NCBI GenBank assembly: GCA_014380115.1
Contig: JACMKK010000052.1
Span: forward strand, 1-35,885
Reading direction: 5' to 3'
Source: Luteimonas sp.
GTDB taxonomy: Bacteria > Pseudomonadota > Gammaproteobacteria > Xanthomonadales > Xanthomonadaceae
DNA length: 35,885 nucleotides
Part shown: one piece after another, positions 19,072 through 28,498 of the stretch
How positions within the stretch are numbered: position 1 is the first letter of the stretch
Layout of the letters: each line of letters begins with the position of its first letter
Translations under genes and position numbers: made by a program
The notes under the pieces: model-generated
Seen by the model: only the letters and a program-made list of their open reading frames with translations
Told to the model about the DNA's origin: nothing
Databases searched by the model: none

Positions 19072-19503
19072 TCAACGGCCTCCGCCATGCTGCGCGCGAG
19101 CGCGCCGTCCACTACCGAACACCCAGGCATCGAGCGCGACAAACACCAGCACCGGCACCAGCGTCATGGTCGCGGCGATACCCCAGCGATAGTCGGCGCC
19201 GATCCACTCGACGACGCACCACATCGCCGCGAAGGAAGCGGCCATGTTGCAGGCGTGCACGAGCAGGAAACGCGGAACCTGCGCGCGCAGCATGCCGGTG
19301 GAGCGGAAGGTGAAGGACCGCTGCAGGCCGAAGTTGAGCGGAATGACCACCAGATAGCCTGCGAGCGTCGCAAGCAGCGGTGGCATCGAGAGGGCTTCCA
19401 CTGCAAGCCACGTACAAGCGCCGTAGGCGAGCGTGCTCAGGCCGCCGACGATCGCGAAGCGGGCGATTTTCCCGGCGGTTGAGGGCTGGGTTTCCAACTT
19501 CAC
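19072..19503 (-). CDS. GtrA family lipid-linked monosaccharide flippase
   Basis: IARFAIVGGLST...NFGLQRSFTFR...RFL...WVF, four short TMs. GTG 19503 overlaps the stop of the upstream GT2. Confidence 0.88.
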   Translation of the reverse strand: MKLETQPSTAGKIARFAIVGGLSTLAYGACTWLAVEALSMPPLLATLAGYLVVIPLNFGLQRSFTFRSTGMLRAQVPRFLLVHACNMAASFAAMWCVVEWIGADYRWGIAATMTLVPVLVFVALDAWVFGSGRRARAQHGGGR

Positions 19504-20480
19504 TGCGCGCGATCGCGCACCCCGCGATCGCCGTCGTCGAAGTTCACGGTGCCGCGGACCAGGTACTGCGGTCGATTGTTGAGGGTCAGCAGGATGCGGC
19601 CGATGTATTCGCCAATGGCGCCAAGCGCCAGCAGCTGGAATCCGCCCATCAGCAACACCGAAATGATCAGCGACGACCAGCCCACCGCGATCTCCGGCGA
19701 CAGCATCTTCTCCACGAAAACCCACAGCGCCAGCGCGAAGCCGAAGAGCGAGGCGACCATGCCCGCGATGGTGACGAAACGCAGCGGTGTTACCGAGAAG
19801 CTGGTTGCCATCTTCAGCCAAAGCGAAATCGACTTGTGCAGGCTGTAGCCGGACTTGCCGTCGCTACGGGCGTGGTGGTGCGTGACGATCGTGGTGATCC
19901 TGCCTGCGCTCTGCAGCAACAGGCCGTCGAGGTAGACGAAGGGTCCCTCGTAGCGCAAGACGTCGTCGCGGACGTCATCGCGGAACGCCCTGAACGGAGA
20001 CAGGTACAGGCCCTTTGGCTTCTTCAGCAACCGGCCCGCCACGAAATCATTGAAGCGGCTGCCTAGCCGCTTCCACAGCGCGTGCTGCCGGTCCTCGAAC
20101 TGCGCATAGCACAGGTCGTATCCCTGGCCGAGACTCTTGACCAGACGCGGCACGTCGGCAGGGTCGTGCTGCAGGTCGTCATCCATCGTCACGATGCAGC
20201 GCCCGCGCGCGCGACGCAGACCGGCCATGATCGCGTTGTGCTGGCCGACGTTGCTGCGCAGTTCGATTCCGCGTAGCCAAGGACGATCCTGCGCGAGCGA
20301 CGCGATCGCCAGCCACGCGCGGTCGGGACCGCAATCGTCGACCAGCAGCACCTCGTACCCCTCCGCGCCGAACACGGGCTCGAGTTGCTCCTCGAGGCGC
20401 CGCACCAGCTCCGGCAGGATGCCGGCGCTGCCATAGACGGGAATGACGACGGAGACTTCAGGCTGGCGCATAGCGGCCAT
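19500..20480 (-). CDS. Undecaprenyl-phosphate glycosyltransferase (GT2, GtrB/ArnC-like)
   Basis: VSVVIPVY, VDDCGPD, NVGQHNAIMAGL, TMDDDLQHDP, two C-terminal TMs and GAIGEYIGRI...RPQY. Confidence 0.92.
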   Translation of the reverse strand: MAAMRQPEVSVVIPVYGSAGILPELVRRLEEQLEPVFGAEGYEVLLVDDCGPDRAWLAIASLAQDRPWLRGIELRSNVGQHNAIMAGLRRARGRCIVTMDDDLQHDPADVPRLVKSLGQGYDLCYAQFEDRQHALWKRLGSRFNDFVAGRLLKKPKGLYLSPFRAFRDDVRDDVLRYEGPFVYLDGLLLQSAGRITTIVTHHHARSDGKSGYSLHKSISLWLKMATSFSVTPLRFVTIAGMVASLFGFALALWVFVEKMLSPEIAVGWSSLIISVLLMGGFQLLALGAIGEYIGRILLTLNNRPQYLVRGTVNFDDGDRGVRDRAQ

Positions 20481-21159
20481 AGTATTTCCTGATGACGCGT
20501 TGCGCATAGTCGCCGCCGAGGTCGATGTCCAGGCGTCCGGCGACCGCGTCCGCGACGCGATGCTCGATGGGTAGCGGCGAGCCCTTGTCCTCGACGACGT
20601 AGTTCGCGCGCCGCTTCATGACGTGCTCGAAGATGGCCACGATCTCGGCCATCGGAAGTGAGCGCTGCGCGGCGATCGCCACCAGGCTCTGTGGTGGCAG
20701 GCCATCGTCGATGAGCGCCGTGGCGATCGCGGCGACGTGATCGATGTCAACCAGGTTGCGCTCGGCCTTCGACCACAACGTGAATCGCTCGTCCGACAGC
20801 AGCCTGTCGCGCAGATAGTTGGTCAGGGTATGCGGGTTCGAGGTGATGCCGACGGCTTGCGGCAGGCGGATGACCAGGCCGTCCGCACGCGAAAGCGCCA
20901 AAGCTTCCATGTCGCGTTTGTGGCGCATGTAAGGGGTCTGCGCTAGTCCGTCCCCGACCACCACGGCGCAACTTCCGAAGTAGACCAGCCGACTGCCTGG
21001 GCGATATTCCACATCCTGCAGCCTGCGCCGTTCGCGTTCGAACTCGGCCGGGCGACGCTCGCCGGAATCGGATACGCCGGAAGCGAAGATCGTGACGCCG
21101 GGGTCGTGCGCATAACGCTCGGCGAGACTTTGGGCCAGCAGGCCATTGCCCACGATCAC
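20458..21159 (-). CDS. Atypical short NAD-dependent epimerase/dehydratase-like protein
   Basis: MIVGNGLLA, IFASGVSDS, VYFGS, YMRHK (YxxxK), IRLPQAVG, RNLVDID. Overlaps the downstream GT2. Confidence 0.75.
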   Translation of the reverse strand: MIVGNGLLAQSLAERYAHDPGVTIFASGVSDSGERRPAEFERERRRLQDVEYRPGSRLVYFGSCAVVVGDGLAQTPYMRHKRDMEALALSRADGLVIRLPQAVGITSNPHTLTNYLRDRLLSDERFTLWSKAERNLVDIDHVAAIATALIDDGLPPQSLVAIAAQRSLPMAEIVAIFEHVMKRRANYVVEDKGSPLPIEHRVADAVAGRLDIDLGGDYAQRVIRKYYGRYAPA

Positions 21160-21267
21160 GCGAGGTGGGCCTTCGATGCAGCAGCAACGCGCGCGTGCCG
21201 CTGCGGCAACGGCGAGTGCTCGCGCGACACGGCGATCATGGGACGTAGCGCATCGCCACGAGCCTCC

Positions 21268-21969
21268 TCAGGCCCGGCCATGGACGACATATTGCGCGCC
21301 TAGTGGCAGTTTCGACATCAGTCTTTCCAGAGGCCGCAAAAAGGCGAGCGCTTTCGGGAAGAACACGATATAGCTCAATCGCCGGTGCGAAAAACCGCTT
21401 TGTTCGAACAGGTCCAGCGTTTCCCGACGCGGCAGCAGGATCGCATCGTCATCGAAGGGGCAATCCTTGACCACGCGCCGCGTCACCGGGTTCAGCGGAT
21501 TGTGCTCGAAAATGAAGCAGTGCCCGCCCGGCTTGAGCACGCGATGCAGTTCGCGGGTCCAGCGCTCGCGTTCGGCCGGCGCGATGTGGTGGTAGACGCA
21601 CGCCGCCATCACGACGTCGATCGAGTGATCGGGCAGTGGCAGCCCGGTCTCGCCGATCAACCCGAAAGTAGCATTGGGATGGGCCGCGCTGGCTTGCTCG
21701 ATGCTTTCGCCAGACACGTCCAGTCCGTGCACCCGGCCCTGGGGGAATGCGGACAGCAGGTGCGGGATCGAAGTCCCGACGCCGCAACCGAAATCGAGGA
21801 TGTCGAGGGCTTGCCGGGCCATGTCCGGCCCCAGTTGGTCGGCGATGTGATCGACCTTGTAAGCCGCGAAATACTCCGGCTCCTCGCCACTCAGGCGCAC
21901 GCTGTCACGATGCAGGTCGCGATAGCTGCGTGCGTAACGGTCGAAGTGCGGTTCCGGTGTTGGGTTCAT
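21268..21969 (-). CDS. Class I SAM-dependent methyltransferase
   Basis: ILDFGCGVG, GLDVS, VYHHI, RVLKPGG, FEHNPLNP. Start MNPTPE at 21969. Confidence 0.9.
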   Translation of the reverse strand: MNPTPEPHFDRYARSYRDLHRDSVRLSGEEPEYFAAYKVDHIADQLGPDMARQALDILDFGCGVGTSIPHLLSAFPQGRVHGLDVSGESIEQASAAHPNATFGLIGETGLPLPDHSIDVVMAACVYHHIAPAERERWTRELHRVLKPGGHCFIFEHNPLNPVTRRVVKDCPFDDDAILLPRRETLDLFEQSGFSHRRLSYIVFFPKALAFLRPLERLMSKLPLGAQYVVHGRA

Positions 21970-22294
21970 CGATGCTGCTGTTCTCTGCCGCGGCAAGTTG
22001 CCACCGCACTGGGCCCATTTGCTTTCTTGTCCGGCTAGCTTGGGTAGCCGGATGGCGCAGGTCAAGCCGAAGAGGCGGCCGGAAGAAAAAGCCGGCCACC
22101 GGCCGCCGATGGGGCGCCCTTCGCCTTTTGGTCGGCGCGTTGAGGTCCGCTGGGCGGGGCAGGCCATGTCGCGCGGCTCTGCTGACTGCAAGTGAAGCCA
22201 ACTTCAGGAAGTGGTGTGCGAAAATGAGTAAAGGCATCAATAAGTCTTGAGCCTGAAGATTTTCGACATCCACCTCTGACCCAGGACGACCTCG

Positions 22295-22849
22295 ATGAAA
22301 CGATTCAAGACGCTAGCCGTTCTTCCAGTGATGGCGGTTTTGTGTGTCGCTTGCGGCAAGAGCGATGTTGCCCCCTTGCCCGCCGCCAGCGACCCGGACG
22401 TCAAAGCACCCGCGGTTGCAGCAACGCCGGTGCCGTTTGCCGTTTTCGAATTACCTGACCTTGCCGATGCGGCCACGGCGCGTTGCTCGATCGACAAGGT
22501 CAACACGCAGAAATCACGAGGGCAGGTCGTCAACGTGGACGCTGCAAGCGAGGTGCGGTTCGTTGGCTGGGTTTCCGATGCTGCGAAGCAGGTGCCGGCC
22601 CAGTTCACGATCGTTCTGTCCGGACCGGCGACCTATGGCGTGGCCGCAACCGCAGGCGGCAAGCGCCCCGACGTGGCGCGGGTCATGAAGGCGAAGACGC
22701 TGGAAAACTCCGGATTCAATGTCCTGGCAACCTTGGGGGCGGTGACGGCGGGTGAGTATGCAGTCAGCATCATCGAAGACACTGCCGGCAAGGTGGCTCA
22801 GTGCGTTACGACCACACGCGTGGTCGTGTCGGCAGGCGCCCCCGGATGA
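22295..22849 (+). CDS. Lipoprotein with Pro/Ala linker and RPDVA-type beta-sandwich domain
   Basis: MKRFKTLAVLPVMAVLCVAC lipoprotein signal, AGGA RBS, GWVSD...RPDVA...SGF motif. Confidence 0.8.
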   Translation: MKRFKTLAVLPVMAVLCVACGKSDVAPLPAASDPDVKAPAVAATPVPFAVFELPDLADAATARCSIDKVNTQKSRGQVVNVDAASEVRFVGWVSDAAKQVPAQFTIVLSGPATYGVAATAGGKRPDVARVMKAKTLENSGFNVLATLGAVTAGEYAVSIIEDTAGKVAQCVTTTRVVVSAGAPG

Positions 22850-22984
22850 TTCGTTCGGGCACGCTGCCGCGGCCCCTTCGACGGAAGTGAACGGCGTGAG
22901 GATCGTGCAAGGCAGCCAATGAAGGACGCGGCTGCAGCAAGCGTGTGATCGGCCTGGGACCGCCGGCCCGTCTCGGCCAGCCGC

Positions 22985-23983
22985 CTATGGCCGATCAGCA
23001 CCCACCTGCTTGTCGGGTACTGCCAATTGCGCACGCGGCGGCAGGACATGCTCGACGCGCTGCACTCGCAGGTCGATCCGTTCCAGCAGCTTGCGGTTGG
23101 CGGTGATCATGTCCGCCAGCAGCGCGATCATGAGCATCAACGCGCCGAGGATCACAAACAACGCACTGAAGATCAGCGATTGGACGTGGCCGCCGCCCGT
23201 GCCCGCGACGAAGTAGAAGTAAAGGAAACGCAGCGCCAGCAGGCCTCCAATCGTGATGAAGACGATCCCGGGCCAGGAGAAGAAGACCATGGGCCTGTAG
23301 ATCACGAAAATGCGCAGGATCGTGACCAGTGAGCGTCGCACATAGCTGGAGATGCTCTTCACCAGGCGCGACGGTCGCAAGTCGGCATTCGTGCGTATCG
23401 GCACCGACATGACGCGAAGGTTGCTCAGCCCTGCCTGGATGATGGTCTCGATCGTGTACGTGTAGGGATTGAAGACATTCAGCCTCATCGCGGTCTCGCG
23501 GGTGATGGCGCGAAACCCGCTGGGGGCATCGGTGACGCTGGTCTTGCTTGCGATGCGGACCGCCCAGCTGCCGAGATGCTGGAGCTTCTTCTTCATCCAC
23601 GAGAAATGCTCGGTGTCGGCGATCGGGCGCCCGCCGACCACCATGTCGGCTTCTCCAGCCAGGATCGGCGCGGTCAGCTTGGGAATATCCGCCGCCTCGT
23701 ACTGGTTGTCGGCATCGGTATTGACGATCACGTCTGCGCCGAGCGCGAGGCAAGCATCCATGCCCGTCATGAAAGCGGCAGCGAGGCCGCGATTGACGGT
23801 GTGCCGCACGACATGATCGACACCGAGTTCGCGCGCGAGCTGCGCCGTGCCATCGGTCGAACCGTCGTCGATCACCAGCCATTCCACCGTGTCGAAGCCG
23901 GGCACCGTGCGAGGCAAGGCATTGATCGCGACGGCGAGTGTGCCGGTCTCGTTGAGGCAGGGGATCTGGATGATGAGTTTCAT
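22985..23983 (-). CDS. GT2 polyprenol-phosphate glycosyltransferase-like protein (DPM1-like, two C-terminal TMs)
   Basis: LIIQIPCLNE, IDDGSTDGT, NRGLA, NTDADNQY, DAPSGFRA, followed by two hydrophobic helices. Confidence 0.92.
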   Translation of the reverse strand: MKLIIQIPCLNETGTLAVAINALPRTVPGFDTVEWLVIDDGSTDGTAQLARELGVDHVVRHTVNRGLAAAFMTGMDACLALGADVIVNTDADNQYEAADIPKLTAPILAGEADMVVGGRPIADTEHFSWMKKKLQHLGSWAVRIASKTSVTDAPSGFRAITRETAMRLNVFNPYTYTIETIIQAGLSNLRVMSVPIRTNADLRPSRLVKSISSYVRRSLVTILRIFVIYRPMVFFSWPGIVFITIGGLLALRFLYFYFVAGTGGGHVQSLIFSALFVILGALMLMIALLADMITANRKLLERIDLRVQRVEHVLPPRAQLAVPDKQVGADRP

Positions 23984-24035
23984 TTGGATCGCCGAAAGCA
24001 GGCGGGCGCGCCGTCCGCAGGGATGTTATCCGAGA

Positions 24036-25721
24036 TCACGGATTGCATGTGCCGCGGCGCAGCCAGACCAGGGCCCCATCGCGCGCCTCGCCAGCGACTT
24101 CGATTTCACACGGGCGCGTTCCCTCGGGGATCCCGCCAACCTCGGTGTCGAAGCCGGATTTCAGTGCATCGGGATCGGACAGCGCCTTGGCGACATCGGG
24201 ACGTGCGCGATCGCTCGGAACGGAAGTCAGTCGACGATCACCGCGCAACACGATGATTCTGCGCACGGCTTCAGAGCCGCGCGCATCGAACGCCCAGCCT
24301 CGCAGTTTGAGACGATCGCCGGAGAGACGAAATTCGTCGAGGTGCCCCTGCACTGCCGGCGCGGTACCGGCCTTGCCCGCCGGCTTCGACTGGCTGCCCG
24401 GGTGCTGCGATGCCGCTGCGGCATTGCTGGCGTGCGATACGCCTGATTGCCTGGCGATGACGAAGGGTGCACTTGCCCAGAATGAAATCGCCGCGCAAAC
24501 GAAGAAGGTGCCGGCGATCAATGTACGCGGAGCCGGCCTTCGCTCCAGCGCGAAGGCGGGGAACCAGAGCGCCGGAAGCAGAAATGCGAAATAGCGCGGC
24601 TGCATGCCGGCGAGCAGTCCGGTATGGAGGTAGCCGCGATAAGTAATGACGACGTGCAGCAGCAGCATCGCAGCGAAGGCGATGGCAAAGGCATCGGTGG
24701 CGCGGATCAAGGCGAGGTCGATACCTCGCCTGCGAGCGCCGAGCCTCGCCAGCAGCCAGCCGACGGCTGGCACCAGGAGCATTCCGTAGAAGAAAAGGAC
24801 GCCCTTGTGCGAGACGAACGGCTGGATATTGGCGTGGGACATGATGATGGGAAGCCGCTCCCACATGGCCGCTGCATAGCGCCAGGCGAACTCGATCGGC
24901 ACCATCGCCTGCGCTGGCGCCGACTCCGCATACAGCGTGCCCGGTGTCGGCATCAGGGATCCGAATCTCGCCAGCGCATATAGAAAGTACGCGCCGCAGA
25001 TCAGGCAAGTCACGGCCAGGACCGCCAGATGACGTCGATTGCGAACGAGCGGAACGAGTTGGCGGTAGTGCGGGAGCAGGCATGCCGCGATGAAGAAAAC
25101 GATGAAGGCCGAGCCCGTTGCCTTGGTGAGGAAGGTCACCACCAAGCCCGCGATCATTGCCAGGCCGGACCAGCGATCCAGACGATGCTGCATGTATTCG
25201 CGCGTGGCGCCGAAGAAGAAAAGACCGACACCGAAATAGAGCAGCGTGTCGTTATTGATGCTACCCGCGACATAAGCGAACATCGGCGTCGCGCAGGTCG
25301 CCAGCGTCGCCACTACGGCACCGCCCAGACCTACGCCGATGTTGCGCGCGCTAAGCAGCCAGAGCAAAAATCCGAGGCCCACGAACTGCGCGCTGATCAG
25401 GCGCAGGACCCGATAGTCCTCGAATGGGTCCCAGCCGCCCAGGCGCGACAACGTTCCGAGCACGCTGTAGTAAAGCGGCGGGTGCGAAAGATAATTGCCT
25501 TGCTCGGAATTGCTGATCTTCCCGTTCGCGTAGTCAGGCAGCAGTCCGCCATCGGCGACGTCCCTGACGTAGGAAAGATGCGCGAGCTCGTCCGGCGGAA
25601 TGCCCAACGGTGTCGTGTAAGCCATCACGCAACACTGCAGGAGAACGAATAGAGACAACGCGACCGCCCACGGCAATGGCCACTTCGCATCCGGCAAATT
25701 GGGATCGAGGTGATGATTCAT
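24036..25721 (-). CDS. GT-C-like integral membrane glycosyltransferase (DUF2142/GT39-like) with C-terminal periplasmic RPDVA domain
   Basis: PPDELAHLSY after TM1, HPPLYY, INND, LTK, QPRYF, ~11 hydrophobic segments, linker and soluble GW..D/RPDVA/SGF domain. Start MNHHLD at 25721. Confidence 0.8.
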   Translation of the reverse strand: MNHHLDPNLPDAKWPLPWAVALSLFVLLQCCVMAYTTPLGIPPDELAHLSYVRDVADGGLLPDYANGKISNSEQGNYLSHPPLYYSVLGTLSRLGGWDPFEDYRVLRLISAQFVGLGFLLWLLSARNIGVGLGGAVVATLATCATPMFAYVAGSINNDTLLYFGVGLFFFGATREYMQHRLDRWSGLAMIAGLVVTFLTKATGSAFIVFFIAACLLPHYRQLVPLVRNRRHLAVLAVTCLICGAYFLYALARFGSLMPTPGTLYAESAPAQAMVPIEFAWRYAAAMWERLPIIMSHANIQPFVSHKGVLFFYGMLLVPAVGWLLARLGARRRGIDLALIRATDAFAIAFAAMLLLHVVITYRGYLHTGLLAGMQPRYFAFLLPALWFPAFALERRPAPRTLIAGTFFVCAAISFWASAPFVIARQSGVSHASNAAAASQHPGSQSKPAGKAGTAPAVQGHLDEFRLSGDRLKLRGWAFDARGSEAVRRIIVLRGDRRLTSVPSDRARPDVAKALSDPDALKSGFDTEVGGIPEGTRPCEIEVAGEARDGALVWLRRGTCNP

Positions 25722-26014
25722 GAAGGCAGCTTTGTAGGCGTTGACCCCTGGCAAGGGGCAGGAAAGCAAGGATGCAATTAATCGGGGTTCAAGTCGAGAC
25801 GCTGCCACAGCACCTATATTGCGGGCCTGCGCAAAGCAGGCGCCAGGCATTCCGGCCTTGGCGCAAATGTCGGAATCCTGGCCACCCTCCGACTTCAGGC
25901 GACGGCGTCGTCAGTGCGACTTCTCGCAGAGACAGCGCTCGAATCTTCGCACGGCCGATCTTGCGACGATGATAGGATGCGGCCCGTCGAGCACATCCCG
26001 CAGCACGGACCGCC

Positions 26015-27523
26015 ATGCCTGCTTCCCAATCAACTGCGTCCGCGGCAACAGCGGTACCGCGTTGGACCTGGATCGGAATTTCCGCCGCATTGCTGCTGTA
26101 TCTCGCAGCGGCTTTGTTCAGCGCAATCACGCTGCCATGGAGAGGATCGGCGGACGCGTTCGCGCACATGGACTACGTTTACCAGGTCCACCACGGGAAG
26201 CTTCCCGAGGCGTTCGGCTACCAATACCGCAAGGTGGATCTGCGCCAGTTCAATATCGGCAACGCTGACAAGACGAATCAGTGGGCGGCGTCGCATCCGC
26301 CGTTGTTCTACTACCTTGCTTCGCTGCAGATGGGACGGCAACTGGAAACCGGAAAGTGGCAGGTCGCCGTCAAGCGCGGCCGGCTCCTGAACGTCGGAAT
26401 CGGTTTCCTGTGCGTAATGGCATTGTCGTGGGCGGGTTGGAAACTGGGCGGCAGACATCGTGCGAAGTTGGCTATCGCATTGCCGACGATCGGAGGAACG
26501 TTGCCGATTTTCGTGCGCCTTGCCGGCGAGATCTACAACGACCTCCTGGTTACTTTGTTCTCGATCCTTGCGCTCACTTTGTCCTGCGTGATCCTGACCG
26601 AAGGCCCGAAGCGCAAATATCTGATTTCCCTGGCCCTGGTCTGCGCCTTGGGAGTGGCTTCGAAAGCGACATTCCTGTTTGCCCTCGCCATCGCGATGGG
26701 CGCAGTGTTCATCGCGATCGCGAAGCAGCGAGGGAGCGTGGCATACCTGCGTATTCTGTTGGGCGTGCTGGCAAGCGCTTCGCTGGCGATCATCGCGATC
26801 CTGCCTATCTCGTGGTTCTACCTCAAGAATTACAGGGCGAGCGGTTCCTGGTTCCTCTCTACGCCGACCGCGCCCATACAGAACCGCACGCAATCCACCG
26901 CATTGGACGTGCTCGCCAATGACGACTACTGGCTGCTCGTTCCGCGCAGTTTGCTGGGCCCGCAATGGGATTCGACCTGGCCAGTCAACGTGGATGTGTC
27001 GATCTGGTTGTTCGTCCTCTGCGCAGTCGCATTGACTGTCTTGTTCATGTCGCGGCGACATTGGAGAAAGATGGCATCGTTGGACTGGCAATCGCTGGCG
27101 TGGCTGCTGCTCGCGGCGCATTTCGTCGGCTTGATGCTTGCCCAGTGGCGTCACGCGACCGGCTGGGGAGCGCTCAACTTCCGGTATTTCGTTCCTGGAA
27201 TGCTTTCAATCGCATTGTTCCTGGCGGCGCCGGCAGTGGCATGGGAGCGAGCGTCGGGATGGCTGGTCGGCGGTCTCGGCAGCTTGATGGCCGCATCCGG
27301 TGTGATGTGGATCATCACCTATCTCGATCGACGCTATGCAATGCTTGCGGAAGGCGAGGGTAGTTGGACGCGGTTGTTGGCGGCGGTCGAGAGCAATGGC
27401 GTTCCGGTTGACTGGGTCTGGGTGCTCCTCTGCATCATGGGGATCGGGTTGGTCGTGGTCGGTTGGTCGGTAGCACGCGCACGCGAGGCGGAAGCGATGC
27501 CCGAGGTGGCCACGCATTCCTGA
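26015..27523 (+). CDS. Second GT-C-like integral membrane protein
   Basis: SADAFAHMDY after TM1, HPPLFY, IYND, ASKAT, NFRYF: same motif order as the divergent neighbour; multiple TMs. Confidence 0.75.
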   Translation: MPASQSTASAATAVPRWTWIGISAALLLYLAAALFSAITLPWRGSADAFAHMDYVYQVHHGKLPEAFGYQYRKVDLRQFNIGNADKTNQWAASHPPLFYYLASLQMGRQLETGKWQVAVKRGRLLNVGIGFLCVMALSWAGWKLGGRHRAKLAIALPTIGGTLPIFVRLAGEIYNDLLVTLFSILALTLSCVILTEGPKRKYLISLALVCALGVASKATFLFALAIAMGAVFIAIAKQRGSVAYLRILLGVLASASLAIIAILPISWFYLKNYRASGSWFLSTPTAPIQNRTQSTALDVLANDDYWLLVPRSLLGPQWDSTWPVNVDVSIWLFVLCAVALTVLFMSRRHWRKMASLDWQSLAWLLLAAHFVGLMLAQWRHATGWGALNFRYFVPGMLSIALFLAAPAVAWERASGWLVGGLGSLMAASGVMWIITYLDRRYAMLAEGEGSWTRLLAAVESNGVPVDWVWVLLCIMGIGLVVVGWSVARAREAEAMPEVATHS

Positions 27524-27727
27524 AGATCGACCGGCCATGCGCAGGCCAGTCCTGCGGGCTGCGATCGCCCCGATGAAGCGTAGCCGTGTGACGCGCACTC
27601 TCGACGGCAACGCGGCGAGCCTCCCGCATAGGGCAATGCCGGCGCTTTGTCCATTGTCCGACCGTCTGCTGTCTACAGCCTGGCCGGACGCTAGAATGCC
27701 GTCTGGCCTCTCTCTTCAGGACCTGTC

Positions 27728-28468
27728 ATGGTCGAATCCAAAGTAGCCCCAGGCCCCGCGCAACGGGGGCACGACAAGTGCTTTGCCGACGCGCCCGCCG
27801 CGCTGCATGGCGTGGTCGCCGATGGTCAGACGCTGGCGGTTGGCGGGTTCGGCTTGTGCGGGATTCCGGAGGCGTTGATTGCCGCGTTGCGCGACAGCCG
27901 TGCCGCCAACCTCACCGTGATCTCCAACAATGCGGGCGTCGATGGTTTCGGACTGGGCCAGTTGTTGGAGACCCGTCAGATCAAGAAGATGATTTCTTCC
28001 TACGTAGGCGAGAACAAGGAGTTCGAGCGCCAGTTCCTGGCCGGCGAGCTCGAGCTGGAATTCAATCCGCAAGGCACGCTGGCAGAGCGCCTGCGCGCCG
28101 GCGGCGCCGGCATTCCGGCTTTTTTCACACGCACCGGTTACGGCACCGTGGTCGCCGAGGGCAAGGAAACCCGCGAATTCGACGGCCACCACTATGTGAT
28201 GGAAACAGCGCTGAAAGCCGACGTCTCGCTGGTGAAAGCCTGGAAGGCCGACCGGTCGGGAAACCTCGTCTTCCGCAAGACCGCGCGCAATTTCAACCCG
28301 GCGGTCGCCATGGCGGGCCAGGTCTGCATCGTCGAAGTGGAGGAGATGGTGGAGGTCGGCACCATCGACCCCGACCACGTGCACCTGCCGGGCATCTACG
28401 TGGATCGCATCGTCCACAATCCGACGCCCGAAAAACGCATCGAGCAGCGCATCGTGCGCGCCGGCTGA
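27728..28468 (+). CDS. scoA: 3-oxoacid CoA-transferase subunit A (Xanthomonas LpsI-like)
   Basis: VGGFGLCGIPEALI, ISNNAG, SSYVGEN, PQGTLAERLRAGGAGIPAF, GNLVFRKTARNFNP, HLPGIYV. Possible -10 TAGAAT at 27692-27697. Confidence 0.93.
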   Translation: MVESKVAPGPAQRGHDKCFADAPAALHGVVADGQTLAVGGFGLCGIPEALIAALRDSRAANLTVISNNAGVDGFGLGQLLETRQIKKMISSYVGENKEFERQFLAGELELEFNPQGTLAERLRAGGAGIPAFFTRTGYGTVVAEGKETREFDGHHYVMETALKADVSLVKAWKADRSGNLVFRKTARNFNPAVAMAGQVCIVEVEEMVEVGTIDPDHVHLPGIYVDRIVHNPTPEKRIEQRIVRAG

Positions 28469-28498
28469 GCGCGGGACAACCAGAAGGAAAACGAACAC

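Noticed and set aside
25822-25845. gcctgc-gcaaa-gcaggc hairpin between the divergent GT-C genes as a riboswitch part
   Set aside because: Isolated 6-bp hairpin without the partner stems; likely chance in GC-rich DNA.
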